From Eledone cirrhosa (Eukaryota), in the NCBI GenBank assembly GCA_964016885.1, contig OZ024757.1:43772001-43836000 (forward strand): DNA of 64,000 nt, read 5' to 3'. The translations under genes and the position numbers were made by a program. Of the stretch, positions 50,431-63,500 are shown piece after piece. The notes under the pieces are model-generated. The model was not told where the DNA came from and made no database searches. It worked only from the letters and a program-made list of their open reading frames with translations. Position 1 is the first letter of the stretch, and each line of letters starts with the position of its first letter.

Positions 50431-50800
50431 CAAAGTGTTAAAATGATCAAATTTTACTTTAGAACATTTATTTGCTGACAATTGTTTCTTCCAGAGGGAA
50501 GTCTGGAATCATCGGAGCATAAGGAATGTTGAAACATTGCTTATAACTTTTATGCCTGTGATTTTTTTGCTTGTGCTTTTTACTTATACCTATTACACTT
50601 CCAACCAGTGCTGCCTGTAATTGTGTTCTTTCAAGCAGAACATCTTTTTAACTCCTGATTCTCCACATGATGCCTTTGACACTAATAACAATTATGTATC
50701 TTAAATGTTCTGAATGATAGGATTTTAGTAACATGTTTCTGGAAGAAACAATTGTCAGCAAATAAATGTTCTAAACTAAAATTTGATCGTTTTAACACTT

Positions 50801-50802
<2 letters not shown>
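50431..50802. mobile_element. Tc1/mariner-type MITE with 65-bp TIRs and TA target duplication
   Basis: TA|CAAAGTGTTAAAATGATC...TTCCAGA (50431-50495) is the inverse of 50738-50802 with 2 mismatches; TA on both sides. Confidence 0.88.
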
Positions 50803-50840
<38 letters not shown>

Positions 50841-50852
50841 TGTATATATATA

Positions 50853-52307
50853 CTCTTTTTACCTGTTCCAGCCATCCGGCTGAGGCTATGCTGGGGCACC
50901 GCCCTTGTTGCTACACATTTAATCTCCAGCCTGTATTGGTTGACCACTGGTGCAACAGGGAGTTCATTGCTGCTGCCCTTAGGTTTCCCTCGTGCCTTGC
51001 TGTGGGCTCATCTAGGATCTTGTATAGCAAGGTGTCGACATGTTTCTTGAAGACATCCACACCATGCAGATCTCTCAGATCCCTTGGCAGCTTGTTGAAG
51101 AGTTGAGGGTCCTTGAACCCCAGACTTTTGCAATATCTGCTCCTTATTCTAGATATGGAAGACAGGATCTTTGGCACCACACAATGACGTCCTGTTCGGC
51201 AGTTGGTCCAGCTGCCAATGCCAAAGTTTGGTGCTAGTCCCTCCAGGATTTTCCACATGTAGATCACTGCGTATCTCTCCCGTCTTCATTCCAAGGAGTA
51301 GAGGTTCAGTTCTTTTAGCCTCGCCCAGTAGCTTATCTCCTTCATAGTCACAATCTTCTTGGTGTAGCTTCGCTGGATTGCCTCAAGCTCCGTGGTTAGT
51401 TTGACACTATGGGGTGACCACAACTGGGAGCAATAGTCCAGGCGGCTTAGGACAAATGTCCTCCATAGTGTCAACATGGTGTCTCGGTCTCTTGTCCGGA
51501 AAGTCTTCAAGATCCAGCCAGCGAGTCGTCTGCACATTGTCGCCACTTTCATGATGTGAGAGGAAAAAGATGCATCATCGCTCATGTCTATACCCAAGTC
51601 TCATATCGATTTTTACCCAGGGATATCGGTCATATCGGTCCCTCCTGGTCCGGTGTAACTGTGTTGTACTGTATTTGTGTTTGCAGGAATTGCGTAGCAC
51701 TTGGAATTTGCCAGCATTAAACTGCATGTTGTTGTCTTCTGCCCATTTGTATATGGCATACAGCCCTTGTTGTAAAAGGGCAGAGTCAGCCGGGTTTTTG
51801 ATTTCCTGTGCTACCTTAGTGTCATCAGCATAGCTAGTGAGGGATGTTGTTGTATGTACTACAGAGGGTATGTCTGAGAGAGCCACCAAAAACAGTAGTG
51901 GTCCCAGGACTGTGCCTTGGGGAACCCCACTTGTTATTGATAATTCCTTTGAGAGGGCCCCCGTTTGCTGCGACTGTCTGGCTTCTTTCCTTTAAGAAGT
52001 CGTGCAGCCACTCACCTACTTTTCTAGTTATGGTGAGTCCGTGTAGTTTGTGACATATCATTCCGTGGTCGACTTTGTCAAAGGCCTTCGCAAAGTCCAG
52101 ATATATCATGTCCACATGTGAGCTGTCAAGCAGTTGTTTCAGTACCCAGTCTTAATGATGTAGCAGCTGTGTAAGGCAGCTTCTTCCTGGGTGAAAGCCA
52201 TGCTGTGTGTTAGTCAGGCAGTCATTTTCCTCGAGGAAAGTGATCAGTTTCTTTCTGACGATTCGCTCCATGACCTTACTGATATGTGACGTCAGGGAGA
52301 CTGGCCT
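50853..52307 (-). mobile_element. CR1-like LINE, 5'-truncated, frameshifted
   Basis: QHGF, IYLDFAKAFDKVDH, VPQGTVLGPLLF, YADDTK, LSRLDYCSQLWSP, LNLYSLE. Confidence 0.9.
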
Positions 52308-52329
52308 ATGTTGTTTGGCTTCCGCTCTG

Positions 52330-52648
52330 CTACCTCCTATATGGATAGGGCACTTGTGAATGCAAGCTCACCTTTATCATTCTGGAAACACTTCTCTCCA
52401 ATGACATCACAATTCTCTCTGACACTCTGCCTCGTAATCTGGAACACCTCCTGTTTCTGTTCCTCGTGTTGCAAAACATGCTTGAATTTCCTATCCTCTA
52501 CCTCCCTTCTAGCTAAGTATACTTGTCGCCTAGCTTCCCTCCTGGTCTCTATGTAATGTGCCCTGTTCTTCCATTCTTTCCATGCCTGTCGCTTAACCTT
52601 AACTGCCTCATCTACCATATTGTTCCACCACCAAGTCACTCTCCTCCT
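52330..52648 (-). mobile_element. RTE linker fragment (family A-like)
   Basis: VTWWWNNMVDEAVK...RENCDVIGEKC; similar to 43710-44012. Confidence 0.9.
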
Positions 52649-53594
52649 CCCTGTATATATCTTTTTATCATTATCCTTTTCTCAAATATAGACAAATTAC
52701 GACACACACACACAAATATTATGCATGGATATGTTACCTGGAAGCTGGAGAGTGAGAATAATATAGAGGATAAAAGTCTATCTTCAGCAACAAGTGCTAT
52801 ATTGTCTCCCATGTTGAAAGATTATTTTACAATATAAGAACTTGAAACTAAGACTAACTGAGTCACAGAATAGATAGGGATGTACACAAAAGACCTAGAT
52901 GTGAAAAGAAGTGGAAATTGTGCAGATTGAACATTGAAGATGTGACCGATGTGAAGAAGCTGTGGAAAGATGTGGCGAAAAGTGTGAAGAATGCAATCCC
53001 TAGAAAGGTCATCCCCGAGAGTAAACATTGGGAGTTACAGCAAACGTTTTAAGACATAGAAAGAGTAGTTGTGGATTGTTCCGGTGAAAAGCAATGAATC
53101 GGAAGCATAACAGACGACGCTCAGCAGTTGGAGTTCGCTGCCAAGCAGATACCAATATAATATTATATATTAGGGAATCAGATAGTTTGTCTTTATTTCC
53201 TGTTGTTTTATTGCAAAAGCGTATCCTTGAAAGTGAGAGACAATATAGCGTTTGTTGGTGAAGATAATATAATTTGTTTATCTATATTACTCTCTATGCA
53301 GAAATAAGGAAACATTTGCACATGGTCGACCCTGACTATACGTTCATATTAGTTGTGAAGCTTTGCTTTAGAGAAATAGAAAGAAGACGACTATATTTGT
53401 AATTCGAAGTATAATCGATGTAAGTATGATAAAAAATATTTGAAACATTGGAGATGATGTGCATCTAAATACTAAGCATATACAGATGCACACATAAGTG
53501 AAAAGGAACACAAGCGCACACAAATAGATGGATAGCTGCACACACATGCATACATATCTACCTAGTTGATGTTTAAATTTCAACAAGTCTTATC

Positions 53595-55185
53595 TTCATC
53601 ACTTTACGTCCGCTTTTCCTTGCTTGCAAGGGTGGGACGAACCTATTGAGCACAGTATCTCTCCACTTGTCACGGTCCTTCGTCATCTCCTCATTGAGCT
53701 TTAGAGATTTGAGGTCTGCTCACACCAGCTCCGCCCGTATTTTTCGTGGTCTTCCTCTACTGCGTTGTCCTTCTACTGGGATTTCTTGGCACTTCTTTAC
53801 CTAGGTGTCATCCTCCATGCGCATCACATGTCTATACCAACATAGTCTTCTCTCCTGCACACTACAACTTATCCCAGTTAAACAGTTTCTCCCTGAAGTC
53901 CTCCATGCCTAGTCGTTCATTTCTCTCCAGCCATCGCATATCCTCTGCAGTTGCTGCCCAAGTCTCACTATCATGCAGCATCGCGCATCTCACACAGTCA
54001 TCATATAACCATCTTTTCGTACGCAGGGAGAAATCCTTCTTTGTCAACAGAGGAAGCAGCTCCCTAAATTTCTTCCGACCTGTCCTTATTCTAGATATTA
54101 TGGTCTCGGAACACCCCTCCCATTCTAATCAGATCACCTAGGTAGCGGAAGCTATCACCCACTTCTTTAGAACCCACCTTCATGTGGTAAATGTGTCTAT
54201 CACTGCGTCTTCTACTGTCAAGTTCTGTACAACTACTGCATACGTATTTCTCTCTACTTGTTAGTTTGCCTGCTATCCCACTACATCTCTTGTGTACCCA
54301 GGATCTGCATTGTGTACATTTTATAGAATTTATCCCAACTCCTTTTCTACATATTGAACATGACCATTTCCCTGATGGAATCAGAGTTTTGTCCTCTTCT
54401 CTACTTATCAATACTTTTGTCTTAGCTAGGTTCACTCTCAGTCCTCTTGATTCCAACTGATTTTTCCATAGACAGAATTTCTTCTCTAGTTCCTCTACTG
54501 AATCTGCTATAAGTACCAGATCGTCAGCCTAGAGAAGTTCCCATGGGCAGTCAGTCTTAAACTCGTGTTATGGCTTGGAGAATTATAATGAATAAGATCG
54601 GGCTGAGGACAGAGCCCTGATGCACTCCTACTTGTATCTGGAATTCCTCATTAAACTCCATTACTTCTCTCACTTTACTGACAGAACCTCTGTACTTAGC
54701 TTGCACTGTCCTCACAAGCCATTCCTCTACACCTATTTTCCTTAGAGACCACCAGATGACAGATCGTGGTACACTATCAAAGACCTCCTCTAAGTCATCA
54801 AAAGCTAAGTATAGTGGCTTATTCTTCTCTAAGAACCTCTCTTGTAGTTGTATCACTAAGAAGAGGGCATCTGTTGTACTTTTCCCAGGCATAAAACCAA
54901 ACTGCATCTCATTTAGTTTGGCCCTTTCTCTAATTAGTTGCAATAGTATTCTTTCTGTCACTTTCATAACCGGATCCATCAGTTTGATGCCCCTATAATT
55001 GCTCATTTCCAGAGCATCCCTTTCTACCTTTGTCGCAATTTATAAGAATACTGCTGCACCAGTCTTTGGGTATGACTCAGCCATATATATAACTTGATTG
55101 ACGATGCGTGCAACCAGTTTAGTAGCTACTTTTGATGCCCTAACCCTATATTCGTCTTTGTGAATAGCTGGTCCCTCTATCGGAT
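53595..55185 (-). mobile_element. Decayed RTE LINE (family C, short 3' UTR), 5'-truncated
   Basis: NYRGIKLMD, GVHQGSVLSP, PHD-like CSICRK...CTQC...HKRC...CSSC, FRYLG; 3' end CCCTTGCAAGCAAGGAAAAGCGGACGT. Confidence 0.9.
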
Positions 55186-56375
55186 AATAATTTGTGAAAA
55201 AATGAAAGAAGAAAACACACACATACACTCTCTCACTCACATGAACAGACATTGAGCACTAAATATCTATTTGTTTTTAATATATAATTTCAATAATAAT
55301 TAATTGCTAAGATGGATTACATTGCCACCGGTTATATTTTATATATTTCCTAAAACTCGTTTGTTTAAAAAGCTTAATTTTTTTTTCTTTTTACTCTGAC
55401 ATTTTGACTTGTAGCTCTGATAAGTTGAGCTAGATTGCCAGCGTTGAAATAGTTGCGCTTTAGTTTTGATGTGGGGGTATAGTATATTGTCATGTATGTA
55501 TATACTTATGTGTACATATATCTATATATGTATGTATGTATACACGTATATGTATATCTATATGTATATCTACATATATATATATATGTTATTGTGTATA
55601 GTGTTTGTGTGTTTACATAAGACTACAAATCTGTTTATGCAGCATTCCAATTAGCAAAGGGAGATTACTCTACAATATTTTAATAAAATTATTGGAGTTG
55701 TTTCCCTTTTATCCGGAAATGTTGTCGTTTGATAAAACTGTGATTGAATTTATGCCTTGTTAAGGCTGGTTCGGTCTCAGTCAGTGCTAATTGTATGCTG
55801 TTAAAAGAAAGATATTTCATGTGACATAATTACTGCAACAGGTTAGGTATTTTCAAGGTTTGGGGTTGTATTTTATTGTTTAAATATGATTGTCACTTAG
55901 ATAAGACAGGATTCATCAATTTGTAGAAGAATTGATAGGGTTAAGTTTTAATTTTTGGGTGGGTGTGTATATATGAAACTGAATAGCTATTTATATACAT
56001 GATCTGTTGATTCTCTATCCTTCTTTCTCATAAATATAGACATAGAAATTACGATATACAAGTACACACATACATGCATACACTCACACACACACATATA
56101 TTTCACATTGTTCTGATCAAAATATTTAATTTCTTCACAGAATAATAAATCATGTTTTAGTTTTTGCTGGTGTTGTTTGGATTGGCGGTGTTGTTGTGAG
56201 TGGTGGCGGTGTTTGTGTTGTTGTTGTTACACATACACACACATACCCACACTGACTGGCAAAACTTCTTTCATCTCAATGAAATTTCCGCCCAAACAAC
56301 TACTACCACCTCCATCCCCACCACCAGGTTCACAATTATACACACACACACAGATTCATACATACACACATGTGT

Positions 56376-56800
56376 GAGATGGTAGTGAGACATGGGCAGC
56401 AACTGCAGAAGATATGCGACGGCTAGAGAGAAATGAAGCAAGCATGCTCCATTGGATGTGCAATGCCAAAGTGCGTGAACGACCAAGCATAGACGAGTTG
56501 AGAAAGAAACTGGGTATAAGAGGGATAAGTTGTGGTGTGCAGGAGAGAAGGCTGAGATGGTATGGACATGTGATGCGAATGTAGGATGACCGCCGGCTAA
56601 AGAAGTGCCAAGAAATCCCAGTAGAAGGAAGATGCAGTAGAGGTAGACCACGAAAAACATGGGCGGAGGTGGTGAGAGCAGACCTCAAATCTCACCGAGG
56701 AGATGACGAAGGACCGTGACAAGTGGAGAGATGCTGTGCTGAATAGGACCCGTCCAACCCTTGCAAGCAGGGAAAAGCGGACGTAAAATGATGACGATAT
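56376..56800 (+). mobile_element. RTE 3' fragment (family C)
   Basis: GSETWAATAEDMRRLERNE...RRLRWYGHVMR...RGRPRKTW; 3' end CCCTTGCAAGCAGGGAAAAGCGGACGT plus GAT tail. Confidence 0.9.
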
Positions 56801-56862
56801 TAGTGGGTGTGTGTTCATAATCACTCACGGGAAGTCAAATGGCTGCAGGTCAGTCAGATTTA

Positions 56863-57010
56863 TATTTAATTTATTTCTTAAAAAATAAAATTTGTTTAAT
56901 TTATTTCTTAAAAAAAAGTTCAATTTAATTTTTTTCTTAAAAAATAAAAAGTTTAATTTCATTTATTTCTTAAAAAAAAAATTAAATATAATTAATTTCT
57001 TAAAAAAAAA
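56863..57010. repeat. AT-rich ~30-bp degenerate tandem repeat (about 5 copies)
   Basis: TTTAATTTATTTCTTAAAAAA motif repeated. Confidence 0.7.
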
Positions 57011-57159
57011 GCTTTGTTAAATTTATTTTTACGTTTTGTATTGGGGAAAAATTTTCCATTTAATTAATTTCATCATTTTGTTGTATATACACACATGCAT
57101 ATATACAATTGTTATATATATATATATGAAATGTCATATAAGGTGGGAGTTATTAGAAT

Positions 57160-57345
57160 ACTTTGCAGTATTCCTTTTTGTTCTATGCTCTCTGAGTTGA
57201 AATCCCGCCGAGGTCAATTTTGCCTTTCATCCCTTGGAAGTTGATAAAAAAAGTACCAGTGAAATACTGATGTGAATTCTTCCTCTCTTTATTTTTCTCA
57301 CTTTATCTTTTTATGAATAAAAGTACCAGTCAAATACTGGGTTCC
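57160..57345 (+). mobile_element. Decayed SINE remnant of a second family
   Basis: GAGTTGAAATCCCGCCGAGGTCAATTTTGCCTTTCATCC...GATAAAAAAAGTACCAGT, with AAAAGTACCAGT.AAATACTG duplicated; B-box-like start; family recognised from memory. Confidence 0.55.
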
Positions 57346-57735
57346 TCTCTTCTCTGTGTTTCCTCTCTTCCCTGTCTATCTTTCTGGAAGAATTTGCTAT
57401 TTTTAGAACTGGAGGGGGTGGGATTTGTTAGGGATTAAGGTTAGAAAATGAAAGATATATATGTATATATATGTATAATATGTGTGTTGATGAAATTATG
57501 TTGGTGTTGGTGGTGGTAAAAATTGTTTTGCAAGATTTATCTGGAAAAATCTGTTGAATTATATTGTTTTGTTTTCACTTTGATTTATTATATAATTATG
57601 GTTGGTTGGTTGTCTCTCTCGTGGTTACTGGTATTGTCTCTCTGTTCTCTCGTTTGACAAACGACTTTATAAAAGCTGACTCAATATTGTTCAATGTTTT
57701 ACTGCTACTTTAAGAGACGGGTGGGCAAAGGGGGA

Positions 57736-59352
57736 CAATAATATCTGCTTACACACCCCAATGTCGACTGCCTGGCGTTATTAAAGACAGATTCTATGAG
57801 TCGCTAATGCTCACTACCTCCCAACTAACCGACAGTGACAACATAATTGTTGCCGACCTAAATGGTCATGTTGGACAACATTGTGATAGCTATGATGGAA
57901 TCCATGGTGGCTACAGGTTTGGTACCAGAAATGAGGAAGGCTTTAGAATCCTGGAATTCTGTAACTCTAATAACCTAACTATCTGTCACACAAACTTTAA
58001 AAACCAGACAATCACTTGATCACCTATAGATCAGGGGAACATGCCAGTCAGATAGATTATATCCTTACCAGAAGATGTGAAAAAGTGTCTGTTGTAAACA
58101 CTATTTCCCTCCCCCGTGAAGAATGCACCTCCCAACATAGCTCATAGTTAGTGACCTCATAGTCAGGACGAGACGTATTCGACAACAGAGGAGGACTACC
58201 CTGAGAAGAAGAATATGAAAGTTAAAGGACCCCCACAGCCAGTAACAAATTTAAAAGCAAATTACTTGATGCTTTTGACAGTAAAGAAGAGCAATTAGAG
58301 ACATACAGTATAGAGGAACAGTGGGAATTCCTGAAAGTTAACTTGCTGAAGGCGACAGATGAAATCTGTAGCTGGAGCAGACCTATAGGCAGGAGGAGTC
58401 AATCAAGGCCAAAAAGAGAGCTTGGAAAGCATGGCGGGATGGGGGAAGCAGAGAAGCCTATCAAGTGGCCAGGAGGGAAGCTAGGAGACAAGTGTACTTT
58501 GCAAGAAGGGAAGCAGAAGAAATAAAGTTCAAGCATGTTCTACAACGTGAGGACCAAAAACGTGAGGTGTTCAGGATTGCTAGGCAATGTGTCAAGGAAA
58601 ACCGTGATATTGTCGGGGAGAAGTGTGCCCGTAATGATGATGGTATACTTGTCATCACTGATACAGATAAAAAGGTAGCTTGGAAGTGTTACTATGAGAG
58701 GCTACTAAATGAGGAGAATAAGTGGGAAAAAGATAGTCTGCCCCAAAACAATCCAATAGAGGAACCAGCAGTGCAAGTTGAAGGTTGTATAATAAGTAAG
58801 GCAATCAAAGATATGGAGACAGGCAAAGCAGCTGGGCCTTCAGAGATAGTTGCTGAAATGTTGAAAGCATCTGGATCGGTGGGACATTCTATGGTCACCC
58901 GGATAGTAAACCATGTCATACAGAATGGGGTTATACCAAATGACTGGCATAATAGCATCATCATCATTAACTGCTACAAGGGTAAAGGAGATGCCCTATA
59001 TAGGGGAAACTATAGAGGCATTAAATTAATTGACCAGGTCATGAAGGTCACAGAAAGAGTTATAGCGCAATTAATAAGAGAGCGAATTGATCTAGACGAA
59101 ATGCCGTTTGGGTTTGTGTCAAGTAAAAGTACCACAGACGCTCTTTTCCTTGTACGACAACTACAGGAGAAGTACCTAGCTAAAAGTAAACCCCGATACT
59201 TAGCTTTTGTTGACTTGGAGAAAGCCTTTGACAGAGTCCCCCGCTCCATTATCTGGTGGACTCTTAGAAAACTAGGTGTTGATGAATTGCTTGTCAGAGC
59301 TATACAAACCATGTATGAAGAAAAAGTCAGCAAGGTTAGAATTAACAACGAA
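57736..59352 (+). mobile_element. RTE LINE (family B-like), truncated at both ends, frameshifted
   Basis: IISAYTPQ, DLNGHVG, QIDYIL, 316-aa ORF 58465-59415 with FVDLEKAFDRV; ends abruptly at the SINE tail. Confidence 0.92.
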
Positions 59353-59680
59353 TCATCATTTTACATCCGCTTTTCCCTGTTTGCAAGGGTGGGACGTGAA
59401 CTGATTCTGGCTTGATTTCTACAGCCGGATGCCCTTCCTAACACCAACCTCATTTACAGTGAGTGCTGGGTGCTTTATTTCCGTGGCGCCTACACGTCCA
59501 CTTTACAGTGGAATGATAGGGACCCCTGTCCTATCATCTCATTTCTACAGCTGAGTAAACAGGAGCAATGTGAAATAAAGTGTCTTGCTCAAGGAAACAA
59601 CACATCACCCGGTGTGAGAATTGAAATCACAATCTTTTGATTGCCAGGCCAATGCTCTAACCACTAAGCCATGTGCCTCC
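59353..59680 (-). mobile_element. Solo copy of the array SINE
   Basis: Same head, core and RTE tail as 911-1264, more divergent than array copies are from each other. Confidence 0.88.
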
Positions 59681-59830
59681 ATATACATATAAATATATAT
59701 ACATACATATACATACATACATACATACACATACATATATATATACATAATATACATATACATACATACATACACATAAGCATATACACATTCATATACA
59801 CATATACACAAGCATATATACATATACACA

Positions 59831-60170
59831 AGTATATATACATATACACAAGTATATATACATATACACAAGTATATATACATATACACGAGTATATATA
59901 CATATACACGAGTATATATACATATACACGAGTATATATACATATACACGAGTATATATACATATACACGAGTATATATACATATACACGAGTATATATA
60001 CATATACACGAGTATATATACATATACACGAGTATATATACATATACACGAGTATATATACATATACACGAGTATATATACATATACACGAGTATATATA
60101 CATATACACGAGTATATATACATATACACAAGTATATATACATATACACAAGTATATATACATATACATA
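59831..60170. repeat. 20-bp minisatellite AGTATATATACATATACAC(G/A) x17 within a TACA microsatellite (59681-60560)
   Basis: Perfect 20-bp register; 12 central units end in G, flanking units end in A. Confidence 0.95.
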
Positions 60171-60560
60171 CATACATATATACATATACATACATACATA
60201 TATACATATACATACATATACATACATATATACACATACATACATATATACATATACATACATATATACATATACATACACACATATACATACATATACA
60301 CATACACATATACATACATATACACATATACACATACACATACATATACACACATATACACATACATACATATACATACATACATATACATATACATACA
60401 CATACATATACATACACATATATACATATACACATATATACATATACACATATATACATATACACATACACACATATATACATACACACATATATACATA
60501 TACACATATATATACATACATACACACACATATGCATACATATATATATATACATACATA

Positions 60561-63500
60561 AAAACAAATTCACCTCATGGACGAGAATGCAAGGGCTCCT
60601 CCTCTTTGTTTCGGTCGTGGATGGCTAACATAACCCATCTCCCCCATTTCCCCCCGCTCCCACCCTCCAAACGCAATCCAAAACTTCAGAGTTGGTACCA
60701 TGAATGTAGGCACCTTAAAGGGTCGCTCTAATGAGGTTGTAGAAATGCTTGAACGTAAGGAGGTCGATGTTTGTTGTATTCAAGAGACCAGGTGGAGGGG
60801 TGGGTCTGCTAGATTCATCGTGGGTAAAGAACGATGCTATAAGCTTTTCTTGGTGGGAAATGACGATGGGCCTGGGTGGAGTAGGAATCATGGTAGCAGA
60901 AAAGTGGGCAGATAAGATAATAGACGTAAATAGAGTGAACGACAGAATAATTAAAATAAGACTTGTCCTCAATAGAACTACGGTGACAGTAATATCTGCG
61001 TACGCACCCCAATCCGGACTGCCCGGCACTATAAAAGACAGATTCTATGAGACACTGATGCTCACTACCTCCCAAATAACCAACAGTGACTATATAATTA
61101 TTGCTGGCAACCTAAATGGTCACGTTGGACAACATTGTGACGGCTATGACGGAATCCATGGAGGCTATGGGTTTGGTACTAGAAATGAGGAAGGCTCCAG
61201 AATCCTGGAATTCTGTGACGCAAATAACCTAACTATCTGTAACACTAACTTCAAAAAACGAGACAATCACTTGATCACCTATAGATAGGGGGACACACAA
61301 GCCAGGTAGATTATATCCTTACCAGGAGACGTGACAGAGTGTCTGTTGTAAACACTAAATCCCTCCCCCATGAAGAATGCACGTCTCAACATAGACTCAT
61401 AATTAGCGACCTCATAGTCAGGACGAGACGTATTCGACAACAGAAGAGGACTATCCTCAGGAGAAAAATATGGAAATTAAAGGACCCCACAGCCAGTAAT
61501 AAATTTAAAAGCATATTACTTGATGCTTTTGATAGTAAGGAAGAGCAATTAGAGTTGTACAATATAGAGGAAGAGTGGGAATTCCTGAAAGCTAACCTGT
61601 TGAAGGCGACAGATGAAACCTGTGGCTGGAGCAGGCCTCTAGACAGGAGGAGAGTAACTTGGTGGTGGAACAGTAAGGTAGAGAGGTCAATCAAGGCTGG
61701 AAAGCATGGCGGGATGGGGGAAGTAGAGAAGACTATCAAGTGGCCAGGAGGGAAGCTAGGAGACAAGTGTACTTCGCAAGAAGGGAAGCAGAGGAAAGAA
61801 AGTTCAAGCATGTTCTACAACGCGAGGACCAAAAACGTGAGGTGTTCAGGATTGCTAGGCAATGTGTCAAGGAAAACAGTGATATTGTCGGGGAGAAGTG
61901 TGTCCTAAATGATGATGGTGTACTTGCCATCACTGACGCTGATAAGAAGGTAGCTTGGAAGTGTCACTACGAAAGGCTACTAAATGAGGAGAATAATTGG
62001 GAGAAAGACAGTCTCCCCCACATCGACCCAATAGAGGGACCAGCAGTGAAATTTGAAGGTAGTATAATAAGTAAGGCGATCAAAGACATGAAGACGGGCA
62101 AGGCGTCCGGGCCTTCGGAAATAGTTGCCGAAATGCTGAAAGCATCTGGAACGGTGGGACACAGTATGGTCACCCGGATAGTAAACCAAGTCATACAGAA
62201 TGGGGTCGTTCCGAAGGACTGGCGCAGCAGCATCATCATTAACTGCTACAAGGGTAAAGGTGATGCCCTAGATAGGGGGAAACTATAGAGGCATTAAATT
62301 AATTGACCAGGTTATGAAGGTCACAGAAAAAGTAATAGCGCAACTAATCAGAGAGCGAATTGATCTAGACGAAATGCAGTTCGGGTTTGTGTCAGGTAAA
62401 AGTACAACAGACGCTCTTTTCATTGTACAACATCTACAGGAGAAGTACCTAGCTAAAAGTAAACCCCTATACTTAGCTTTTGTTGACTTGGAGAAAGCCT
62501 TTGACAGAGTACCCCGCTTGATTATCTGGTGAGCCCTTAGAAAACTAGGTGTTGATGAATGGCTTGTGAGAGCTATACAAGCCATGTATAAAGAAACAGT
62601 CAGCAAGGTTAGAATTAACAACGAATATAGTGAAGAGTTTAGCGTAAAAGTTGGTGTTCATCAGGGCTCCGTCCTTAGCCCCCTACTATTTATTATTGCT
62701 CTTCAGGCTATAACAGAGGAGTTCAAGACCGGCTGCCCATGGGAACTCCTATATGCAGATGATCTAACGCTCATAGCTGAATCAATGGCTGAACTAGAAA
62801 ATAAATTCTAAACATGGAAGCATGGCCTAGAATCAAAAGGCCTTAAAGTTAACTTGTCTAAGACTAAAGTTTGTAGGAAGGAAAATAGGGCACCGGTCCC
62901 ATCTGGGAAATGGCCATGCTCAGTGTGTAGGAAAGGAGTAGGTAGAAACTCCATGTTATGTCCCAAATGCAAAGTATGGGTACATAAAAGATGTAGTGGG
63001 ATCACAGGTAAGCTAACTAAGAATATAGATTTTATATGTGGCCGGTGCTCTGGTGCAATAAGTAGCACACAAGTGCCCACAGAATACTAACTCATTCCAT
63101 TGCACAGATGGTTCTATAGAAATAGTGGACAGCTTCCGTTACCTGGGTGATAAAATCAGCAGTGGGGGAGGGTGCTCTGAAAGTACAGTAGCTAGAGTCA
63201 GAACGGGATGGAAAAAGTTAAGAGAGCTTATACTACTATTGGCCGTTAAAGGGTTCTCTCTAAAAATGAAAGGCAGGCTGTATGATGCCTGCATACGAAC
63301 AGCAATGTTACATGGCAGTGAGACCTAGGCATTGTGTGCAGAGGATATACGCAGGCTGGAGAGAAACGAAGCTTGCATGCTCCGCTGGATGTGTAATAGT
63401 AATATACGTGAACGGCAAAGCATAAACGAAATAAGGGAGAAATTAGAAATAAGAGGGATCAGATGTTTACTCGAGAGAAGACTATGTTGGTATGGTCACG

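Noticed and set aside
52860-53150. Purine-rich coding-like stretch (LNIEDVTDVKKLWKDVAKSVKNAIP...)
   Set aside because: Possibly an old LINE linker, but it has stops and no diagnostic motif, so I cannot support a call.
60561-60620. HDV-like ribozyme in the RTE 5' UTR
   Set aside because: Known in some RTEs, but I could not fit the nested double pseudoknot here.
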